Part shown: piece after piece, positions 56,771-64,000 of the stretch | How the letters are laid out: every line of letters begins with the position of its first letter | Position numbering within the stretch: the stretch's first letter is position 1 | From: Candidatus Omnitrophota bacterium | Lineage (GTDB): Bacteria; Omnitrophota; Gorgyraeia; Zapsychrales; Fredricksoniimonadaceae | Assembly (NCBI GenBank): GCA_015233335.1 | Contig: JADFXX010000003.1 | Coordinates: forward strand, 93,694-157,693 | DNA length: 64,000 nt | Direction: 5' to 3' | Position numbers and translations under genes: made by a program | Notes under the pieces: generated by a model | Seen by the model: only the letters and a program-made list of their open reading frames with translations | Database searches by the model: none | Told to the model about the DNA's origin: nothing

Positions 56771-59476
56771 TTAAGCTAAATTTGCTAAAACACTTTCAAG
56801 CGCCGCAATCTCTTTATTTAAAGTGCCTAATCGTTCTCTTTCTTTGTTAATGATATCTTCCGGCGCTTTAAGGGTAAAAACAGGGTCATGAAGACGGATA
56901 TTTAAGGAATCGACATTTTTCTTTTTTTGATCTATCGCGGTATTCATACGGATCTTTTCAGCATTAAGGTCAACAAGACCTGTCAAAGGAATGAAAACCT
57001 TGGTAGAACCGATTAAAGCTGTCGCGGAATTCTTGACAGGCGCTATTGACGCATTAATGACCAAATCCTTAAGACGGCCCAAACGTTGAATATGAAGAGA
57101 ATTATCCTCCAAAACTGCTTTAATGCCATCCTCAGAAGGAATGATATAAACATCCAGCGTGTCATGAGACTTGATATTCCATTGTGTTCGAATATTGCGT
57201 ATTGCGCCTATGATATCAATCACAGACTGCATCTGCAAATCGGCTTTAGTATCGATCAGCAAACCTTGACGGATAGGCCATGCGGCTCTGGATAGACATA
57301 TGTCCGAAACGTTCAATTTGCTGTATATCTCTTCGGTCACAAATGGGATGAAAGGATGCATCATTTTTAAAGAATTTTCCAGAACAAAAACAGCTGTTTT
57401 TTGGATACGGGTATCAGTAAATTGAGCTTTGATCAATTCCAAATACCAGTCACAATAGTTTCCCCAAAAGAAATCTTGAATTAATATTTCAGCTTCTGAA
57501 TAACGGAATTGCTCGATACAATGGCTCACTTTTTCTAATGTGTCATAAAATCGGGCCAATATCCATCGGGAAGGCAGATCAAGATGGTCTAAATTAAGCC
57601 CCTGCGTATCTAATGTCGGGCTGCAGTTCATAAAAACAAGACGAGACGCATTCCAGATCTTATTGGCAAAATTACGCCCGATCTCAAACTTTTCTTTGGA
57701 AATAAAAATATCCTGCCCCGAGTTGATGATCAGGCTAAATCGCAGAGCGTCTGCCCCATATTCATCAATGATCTCCAGAGGATCAATGGCATTGCCTAAA
57801 GATTTTGACATTTTCCGCCCTTTAGCGTCACGGACTGTTCCATGAATTAGAACATCGGAAAAAGGCTTGTTTCCCATGAATTCATAGCCAGCCATGATCA
57901 TGCGCGCCACCCAGAAAAACAGGATTTCAGAGGCGGTCATCAAGGTGTCAGTAGGGTAAAAATATTTCAAGTCCTCATTATCTTTAGGCCAGCCTAATGT
58001 CGCGAAAGGCCACAGCCATGAGGAAAACCATGTGTCCAACACGTCTTCATCCTGAATCAAGTCAACAGTCATTCCATGTTTAGCTTCTGCCTGTGCCATA
58101 GCTTCATAACGGGACCGGGCAACAAATACATTTCCTTTATTGTCGTACCAGACAGGAATACGATGCCCCCACCAGATCTGACGGGAAATGCACCAATCCT
58201 GGATGTTTTCCATCCAGTTGTTATATACCTTTGTCCAATGCGCAGGATGAATTCTTATATTATTATTTTGAACAGCTTCAAAAGCAGGCTTGGCTAAAGG
58301 CTTCATACTGACAAACCACTGTTTAGATAGATATGGCTCAACCACAGTATCACAGCGATAACAATGACCAATAGCATTCTTATGGTCTTCGATCTTATCA
58401 AGACAGCCTAAAGTCTCTAAATCGGCAAGAACCTGCTTGCGGGCCTCAAAACGGTCCAGCCCACTATATTTACCTCCTTGTTCGTTAATTCTGGCATCAG
58501 GGTGCATAACATTGATCTTGGGAAGGTTGTGCCGTTGGCCCATCAAAAAGTCGTTAGGATCATGCGCCGGAGTTACTTTGACCGCTCCTGTACCAAAATC
58601 TGCAGACACAAAATCATCCGCTATGATCTTAATTTCACGATTCATTAAAGGAAGAATGAGTGTCCGGCCGATCAGTTGAGAATAGCGGGGATCTGCGGGA
58701 TTAACCGCCACCGCGGTATCTCCCAGCATAGTTTCGGGACGGGTGGTCGCGACAACAATGTAAAAAGATTGCTTCGCTTCGCTCGCAATGACACTGGATT
58801 TTAAAAGAGACTGACACGATTCGCTTGGATTGACACTGGATTCTAAATTGACACTGGATTTTATGGGATATTTAATATAATAAAGTTTGCCGTTTTTTTC
58901 TTTATGTTCAGCTTCCTCATCTGAAAGTGCCGTCTGGCAGCGCGGGCACCAATTGATAATGCGTGTCCCCTGATAAATTAAACCTTTATTGTATAAGGAT
59001 ATAAACGCTTCATTGACAGAGTTGCTATAATCATCATCCATGGTAAAACGCGTACGGGACCAATCGCAGGAAGATCCTAATTTTTCCAATTGACTAATGA
59101 TCGTATCTCCATACTCTTTCTTCCATGCCCAGAGACGTTTAAGAAACTCCCCGCGGCCTATGTCCTGACGTGTTTTGCCTTCCTTGGCTAATTGTTTTTC
59201 AACGACATTTTGTGTGGCAATCCCTGCGTGGTCGGTTCCGGGCATCCAAAGGGCTTGGAATCCATTCATGCGTTTGTAACGGACCAAGATATCCTGCAGG
59301 GTGTTGTTAAGCGCATGGCCCATGTGTAGAATTCCTGTCACATTGGGCGGCGGAATGACAATGGTAAATGGCCTTTTATGCCCATCAGCCTTGAGGTGAA
59401 AGATATTGTTATCTTTCCAAAACTTAAGCCATTTATCTTGGGTTTCTTGGGGATTATATTTTGAAGAGAGTTCCAT
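56771..59476 (-). CDS. valS: Valine--tRNA ligase
   Basis: HIGH-type motif (PPPNVTGILHMGH), KMSKS, a CP1 editing domain and a C-terminal coiled coil. Contains a repeat-derived insertion of about 20-25 aa before VVATTRPET. Confidence 0.95.
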   Translation of the reverse strand: MELSSKYNPQETQDKWLKFWKDNNIFHLKADGHKRPFTIVIPPPNVTGILHMGHALNNTLQDILVRYKRMNGFQALWMPGTDHAGIATQNVVEKQLAKEGKTRQDIGRGEFLKRLWAWKKEYGDTIISQLEKLGSSCDWSRTRFTMDDDYSNSVNEAFISLYNKGLIYQGTRIINWCPRCQTALSDEEAEHKEKNGKLYYIKYPIKSSVNLESSVNPSESCQSLLKSSVIASEAKQSFYIVVATTRPETMLGDTAVAVNPADPRYSQLIGRTLILPLMNREIKIIADDFVSADFGTGAVKVTPAHDPNDFLMGQRHNLPKINVMHPDARINEQGGKYSGLDRFEARKQVLADLETLGCLDKIEDHKNAIGHCYRCDTVVEPYLSKQWFVSMKPLAKPAFEAVQNNNIRIHPAHWTKVYNNWMENIQDWCISRQIWWGHRIPVWYDNKGNVFVARSRYEAMAQAEAKHGMTVDLIQDEDVLDTWFSSWLWPFATLGWPKDNEDLKYFYPTDTLMTASEILFFWVARMIMAGYEFMGNKPFSDVLIHGTVRDAKGRKMSKSLGNAIDPLEIIDEYGADALRFSLIINSGQDIFISKEKFEIGRNFANKIWNASRLVFMNCSPTLDTQGLNLDHLDLPSRWILARFYDTLEKVSHCIEQFRYSEAEILIQDFFWGNYCDWYLELIKAQFTDTRIQKTAVFVLENSLKMMHPFIPFVTEEIYSKLNVSDICLSRAAWPIRQGLLIDTKADLQMQSVIDIIGAIRNIRTQWNIKSHDTLDVYIIPSEDGIKAVLEDNSLHIQRLGRLKDLVINASIAPVKNSATALIGSTKVFIPLTGLVDLNAEKIRMNTAIDQKKKNVDSLNIRLHDPVFTLKAPEDIINKERERLGTLNKEIAALESVLANLA
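58766..58862 (-). repeat. Short palindromic repeat (full copy plus 3 truncated arm copies) in frame inside valS
   Basis: agattgcttcgcttcgctcgcaatgacac (58766-94), followed on the + strand by ctgacacgatt, ttgacactggatt and ttgacactggatt. Encodes [32 protein letters not shown]. Confidence 0.9.
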
Positions 59477-61048
59477 CTACGATGATTTTTTATCTTTCAA
59501 CAATTTATACTCAATACTATCAACCAATGCTTCCCAGCTGGCTTCGATGACATTTTCATGGACCCCAACGGTGGTCCAGCTGCCGTGCTGATCCTGGGAT
59601 TCGATCAATACACGCACACGCGCCGCCGTGCCTTCCTGCGTATCTATGACACGGACCTTATAATCCGACAAATGCATATCCGTGATCGTCGGATAAAATT
59701 TTTTAAGGGCTGTGCGCAGAGCACGGTCCAAAACTTCGACTGGGCCATGCCCTTCAATTGTTGCCATCTCATCGTGGTTATTGACTTTAAGCCTGACCGT
59801 GGCCCCCGCTAAAACCGAACCATCAATCTTTTTCTCGGTGAACACCTTAAACCCTTCCAGCTTATAAAAAGGCTCGTACATGTTCAAACGGCGTTTCATG
59901 AATAGCTCAAAAGACGCATCTGCCCCTTCATATTGATAACCCTGATACTCTTTTTCTTGAAGCTCCTTCATGATCTCACGGGCTACAGGCGAATTCTTAT
60001 CAAGGGGGATATTCATCTTCTGGGCTTTAAGAATGATCGGCATTTTACCGGCTAATTCAGAGGTTAACAGACGGCGGCGATTTCCGACTAAACCTGGATC
60101 AACATGTTCATAGGCCAAGGGGTTTTTGAGCATCGCATCAATATGCACCCCTCCCTTGTGGGCAAAAGCAGAATGCCCGATAAATGGATGATTGTCCGCT
60201 AATGTGTAATTACTAATATCGCCAATATAATAGGCTGTATCCATCAACAATTTGATATTGCTCTCCGCAATGGATTTTTTATTCATTTTGGAATGCAGGA
60301 TGGCCATGATCGTGCACAAATCCGCATTCCCGCAGCGCTCTCCTAACCCGTTAAAAGTTCCCTGTACCTGCACACATCCGGCATTGATGCCCGCTAAAGA
60401 ATTGGCGACAGCCAAGCCCTGATCATTATGCGTATGAATACCCAATGGTTTTTTTATTTTCTTTTTGACTTCTTTGACGATTTTAGTGATTTCATCCGGC
60501 AAAGAGCCCCCATTGGTATCACATAAAATAATACATTCAGCCCCTCCGCTTTGAGCGGCTAGGATCGTTTTTAATGCGTATTTGGGATTACTCTTATAGC
60601 CGTCAAAAAAATGTTCGGCATCATAAAAGACTTTCCGTTGATTTTTCTTTAGAAAAACCACTGATTCCTGGATCATCAATAGATTTTCAGGCAAAGTCGT
60701 TTTAAGGACATCTATGACATGTAAATCCCAGGTTTTTCCAAAAATGGTCACTATCGGCGTTTGGCTTGCTATCAATTCCTTAAGATTGGCGTCATCCTGA
60801 GGTTTAATATGGGCCCGACGAGTGGAGCCAAATGAGGCCAGCTGGGCGTTTTTAAGGGTTACCCCTTTCATCAATGCAAAATATTCTTTATCTTTAGGAT
60901 TGGAACCAGGCCACCCGCCTTCTATGTAATGGACACCCAATTCATCAAGTTTGTGGGTGATCTTGATCTTGTCGTTAACCGAATAAGATACCCCTTCAGT
61001 CTGGGAACCGTCCCTTAAGGTCGTATCATAGATGATAATTCTAGACAT
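59477..61048 (-). CDS. cimA: (R)-citramalate synthase / LeuA-family type 2
   Basis: YDTTLRDGSQ N-terminus, about 523 aa with a LeuA-dimer-like C-terminal regulatory domain. Confidence 0.85.
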   Translation of the reverse strand: MSRIIIYDTTLRDGSQTEGVSYSVNDKIKITHKLDELGVHYIEGGWPGSNPKDKEYFALMKGVTLKNAQLASFGSTRRAHIKPQDDANLKELIASQTPIVTIFGKTWDLHVIDVLKTTLPENLLMIQESVVFLKKNQRKVFYDAEHFFDGYKSNPKYALKTILAAQSGGAECIILCDTNGGSLPDEITKIVKEVKKKIKKPLGIHTHNDQGLAVANSLAGINAGCVQVQGTFNGLGERCGNADLCTIMAILHSKMNKKSIAESNIKLLMDTAYYIGDISNYTLADNHPFIGHSAFAHKGGVHIDAMLKNPLAYEHVDPGLVGNRRRLLTSELAGKMPIILKAQKMNIPLDKNSPVAREIMKELQEKEYQGYQYEGADASFELFMKRRLNMYEPFYKLEGFKVFTEKKIDGSVLAGATVRLKVNNHDEMATIEGHGPVEVLDRALRTALKKFYPTITDMHLSDYKVRVIDTQEGTAARVRVLIESQDQHGSWTTVGVHENVIEASWEALVDSIEYKLLKDKKSS

Positions 61049-61049
61049 T

Positions 61050-62273
61050 TTAGATTTGCTCCAGTTTAAACACTTTGTGTAAGGCCTTGACCGCTTTATC
61101 TGCCAAATCTTGTGAGATAATACAAGAAACGGAAATTTCAGAGGTGGAGATCATCTCAATATTGATCTGATTATCCGCCAGGGTCTTAAACATTTTTGCG
61201 GCAATACCGCTGTGGGAACGCATACCGGAACCCACCATCGATACTCGGGCAATGTTTCGATCTTCTAATATTTCACCGGCACCGATCTTTTCGCCTATGG
61301 CGTTGGTCGCTTTGATCGCTTTGTTTAAATCTGCTTTGGTTACGGTAAAAGAAATGTCGGATAATTTGTCATGAGGCACATTCTGGACAATGGTATCCAC
61401 ATTAATGCCTTGTTTTGAAATCTCTTCAAAAATCTTAGCCGCGATGCCGGGCTTATCTGGCACTGAACAGATGGTGATTTTGGCTTCATTTTTATTACAG
61501 GTGACCCCGCGAACAGCAATTTCTTCCATTTTTTCGGTTTCTTTGATGATCATGGTTCCTTCCTCCTTAGAAAAGCTTGAACGGACATGTAAAGGGATAT
61601 TAAAACGTTTGGCTACCTCAATAGAACGTGCCTGCATGACCTGGGCACCCAAAGAAGCCATTTCCAGCATTTCCTCAAAAGTGATCGTCTTAATTTTTTG
61701 CGCTTCTTTGACAATGCGCGGATCGGCCGTATAAATACCATCCACATCCGTATAAATTTCACAAACCTTGGCTTTGAGGGCTTTGGCCAATGCGACGGCA
61801 GTTAAATCTGACCCGCCGCGTCCTAATGTTGTAATCTCATCGTTACTTGTCACTCCCTGATAGCCTGCCACGATGACAATTTTATTCTCCTTGAAAGCCC
61901 GGCTGATACGTTTACCGTCAATGGTGATAATACGCGCCTTGGTATGGGACTTGTCTGTCTTTATACCCACCTGACTTCCGGTAAAAGATATAGCATCGAA
62001 ACCTAACTCTTTAATGGCGATCGCTAAAAGGGCACAGGACATCTGTTCGCCTGTCGATAAAAGCATATCCATTTCACGCTCAGGCGGGTCCTGACTTAAT
62101 TTCAATGCCAAAGCCTCCAGCTCATCAGTCGTATCCCCAAGCGCTGAGACCACGACCGCTATATCGGTATGTTTGTTCTTATAGGCCGTCACACGCAAAG
62201 CTACATTTTTAATGCGGTCAATATCAGCGACTGAAGAACCTCCGAATTTTTGTACAATAATTTCTTTTTCCAT
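61050..62273 (-). CDS. lysC: Aspartate kinase
   Basis: VQKFGGSSV N-terminus, an amino-acid kinase fold and two C-terminal ACT domains. Confidence 0.93.
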   Translation of the reverse strand: MEKEIIVQKFGGSSVADIDRIKNVALRVTAYKNKHTDIAVVVSALGDTTDELEALALKLSQDPPEREMDMLLSTGEQMSCALLAIAIKELGFDAISFTGSQVGIKTDKSHTKARIITIDGKRISRAFKENKIVIVAGYQGVTSNDEITTLGRGGSDLTAVALAKALKAKVCEIYTDVDGIYTADPRIVKEAQKIKTITFEEMLEMASLGAQVMQARSIEVAKRFNIPLHVRSSFSKEEGTMIIKETEKMEEIAVRGVTCNKNEAKITICSVPDKPGIAAKIFEEISKQGINVDTIVQNVPHDKLSDISFTVTKADLNKAIKATNAIGEKIGAGEILEDRNIARVSMVGSGMRSHSGIAAKMFKTLADNQINIEMISTSEISVSCIISQDLADKAVKALHKVFKLEQI

Positions 62274-63485
62274 CTATTTTCCTCTCTCCTTGCGTATAAA
62301 ATATTTAACCATGTCCTCACCGCTTTCAAATCTTACACCGGCCTCAGCCGCTTTTTTTTCCGAATAACTATCAATGCCCTTCTTAATAGGAACACCTTCA
62401 CCCCACATCACAAATGGCACCGGAGTCCGTGTATGCGTGCGCAGGGAAACAGGTGTAGGATGATCGGGACAAATTAATACCCTCACACCTTTGGGTTCCT
62501 TAAAATGTTTGAGGATTGGACCTACAATCTCCTTATCAAAATGTTCACAACATTTGACTTTGGCTTTCCAATCCCCATTATGCCCTGCTTCATCAGTTGC
62601 TTCAACGTGAACGTAGACAAAATCATGTTTTTTTAATGAATTAAGGGCATATTGAGCTTTGCCTTTATAATTTGTGTCGTAATATCCATTTGCTCCGGGG
62701 ACATCAATGACATTGAGCCCCGCTAAACGGCCAATACCGTTGACTAAATCTACCGCTGAAATGATCGAGCCGCTTAAGCCATAACGGTCTTTAAATGACG
62801 GCAGATGAGAACGGCTCCCTTGCCCCCATAACCATATCATATTGGCCTGATGTTCGCCTTGTTTTTCGCGCATGATATTGATCTGATGTGTTGCTAAATA
62901 TTTATTGGATTTATCCATAAGATTGACCAAAATATCGCTTTGAGGTCCAGCGGGCAAAAAAGATTTGATCGACTGATCCATGATATCATGCGGAGGCGTT
63001 GTTTTGATCTGAAGCATTTTGGCAACACTAAGTGTTTTTAGGACCATCAAATGACGATAACTTTTTCCCGGATAAAAACGCACGTCCGGCCAGTCAATAG
63101 ACCGCTGTAAATAATCAATGAGATTATGTGCCTCATCCGATGAAATATGTCCGGCACTATAATCGACCATGATGTTTTTCTTGACCGTAACCAAATTACA
63201 CCTAAACGCCACTTCATCGTCTTTAAGACTGATCCCCATACTTGCCGCTTCTAAAGCTGCCCGGCCTGAAAAGCTTGTTTCTGGGTCATAGCCTAATAAG
63301 GACAAATTTCCGATATCAGAACCCGGCGGCATGCCACCCGGGATTGTCTTAACTAAAGCGGAAAGGCCGTTTTGCGCCATATAGTCCATGTGCGGCGTAT
63401 CTGCTTTCTCCATGGGGGTCTTGCCGCCTAATTCTTTTAAAGGCTCATCGGCTAAACCATCCGGAACAAGAATAATATATTTCAT
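62274..63485 (-). CDS. Cofactor-independent phosphoglycerate mutase-like protein (ApgM family; possibly the proposed alternative homoserine kinase)
   Basis: MKYIILVPDGLADEP... N-terminus and a metalloenzyme-superfamily pattern. ATG 63485 is preferred over the GTG at 63497. Lies directly upstream of lysC and cimA. Confidence 0.8.
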   Translation of the reverse strand: MKYIILVPDGLADEPLKELGGKTPMEKADTPHMDYMAQNGLSALVKTIPGGMPPGSDIGNLSLLGYDPETSFSGRAALEAASMGISLKDDEVAFRCNLVTVKKNIMVDYSAGHISSDEAHNLIDYLQRSIDWPDVRFYPGKSYRHLMVLKTLSVAKMLQIKTTPPHDIMDQSIKSFLPAGPQSDILVNLMDKSNKYLATHQINIMREKQGEHQANMIWLWGQGSRSHLPSFKDRYGLSGSIISAVDLVNGIGRLAGLNVIDVPGANGYYDTNYKGKAQYALNSLKKHDFVYVHVEATDEAGHNGDWKAKVKCCEHFDKEIVGPILKHFKEPKGVRVLICPDHPTPVSLRTHTRTPVPFVMWGEGVPIKKGIDSYSEKKAAEAGVRFESGEDMVKYFIRKERGK

Positions 63486-63493
63486 GATGACAT

Positions 63494-64000
63494 TCACCTG
63501 GTGTCATTGCTTCGCTTCGCTCGCAATGACACATATTTTAGTAATTCTTTTGCTAATGTTTGCTTGCAATCCGTTTTACTTAAAACTTCCCCATCTGCAT
63601 TAACAATATAGCCCTGATAACCGTTCTTTAAAGTGTTGGCCACAACAAGGTCACAGCCTGATTTGCTAAAAAGTGTTTTAACTGTTTTAAAAATATTTTT
63701 AGGATCTAACCTTGATCCTAATTTAAAACCTACTAAAAAGCTTTCAGGACTTAAGAGCTTGATCTGTTCGATCAACTTGGGAGTCCTCACTAAACGTAAT
63801 GTCAAAGGCTTAGCAGATGTTATTTTATTTTTGTTAACCTTCCCAACCCTGAAATCAGAAACAGCCGCTGCATGGATAACAACATCATATTTTTTAACAA
63901 GCTCTGCTTTTAAAAGACCGGCTAATTCATCAAAAAAACGGTATTTGATGATTTTAATACCCCGGTCCGACAGAGAGTGTGTCACCGGTCCTTCAATCAC
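63494..64000 (-). CDS. coaBC: Phosphopantothenoylcysteine synthetase/decarboxylase CoaBC, C-terminal (CoaB) part; 5' end outside the window
   Basis: AAAVSDF motif and CoaB-like sequence. The ORF is open to the window edge. Confidence 0.85.
   Translation of the reverse strand: MIEGPVTHSLSDRGIKIIKYRFFDELAGLLKAELVKKYDVVIHAAAVSDFRVGKVNKNKITSAKPLTLRLVRTPKLIEQIKLLSPESFLVGFKLGSRLDPKNIFKTVKTLFSKSGCDLVVANTLKNGYQGYIVNADGEVLSKTDCKQTLAKELLKYVSLRAKRSNDTR
63501..63532 (-). repeat. Most symmetric copy of the short palindromic repeat, forming the coaBC 3' end
   Basis: gtgtcattgc-ttcgcttcgctc-gcaatgacac, with perfect 10-bp inverted arms. Encodes the last residues ...[10 protein letters not shown] of coaBC. 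Confidence 0.9.

Noticed and set aside
58795-58862. Tandem ttgacactggatt units as a possible mini-CRISPR array.
   Set aside because: The units are only about 13 nt, irregularly spaced and inside the intact valS reading frame, and they are truncated arms of the palindromic repeat family. There are no cas genes.

Overview
Chromosomal segment from a low-GC, diderm-type bacterium: OMP with C-terminal Phe, lipoproteins and ExbBD are present, and it is probably uncultivated. There are about 70 genes, almost all on the minus strand in tightly packed, often ATGA-coupled operons.

Left to right:
- Assimilatory sulfate reduction plus siroheme genes (cysN-like, cysD, Fe-S type cysH, sirC-like, cobA).
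- Housekeeping genes (mutY, nadK, HAD, NUDIX, queH, csp).
- An 11-gene complex I operon, nuoABCDHIJKLMN, with no nuoEFG. An FprA-type NADPH:ferredoxin reductase is translationally coupled to nuoN.
- exbBD and pntAA/AB/B.
- A molybdenum-hydroxylase cluster (xdhC-like, mocA-like, FAD/2Fe-2S/Mo subunits).
- metH.
- A complete diversity-generating retroelement (DGR): DUF1566-type target with VR, avd, TR and RT.
- A large Pho region: phoU-pstBACS-porin, two PhoB-like regulators, a PhoR-like kinase, PiT plus DUF47, and two near-identical Pho-box promoters.
- A BNR/Asp-box propeller gene interrupted by a single TGA.
- nadC-valS-cimA-lysC-apgM-like-coaBC.

A family of short palindromic repeats overlies all of this (minus-strand core GTGTCATTGCGAGCGAAGCGAAGCAATCT). 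Copies sit at gene junctions and in frame inside valS, pstA, coaBC and the BNR gene.

I saw no rRNA, tRNA, CRISPR array or transposase. The DGR is the strongest candidate for the interesting system. All calls come from reading the sequence and ORF translations only; no searches were run.
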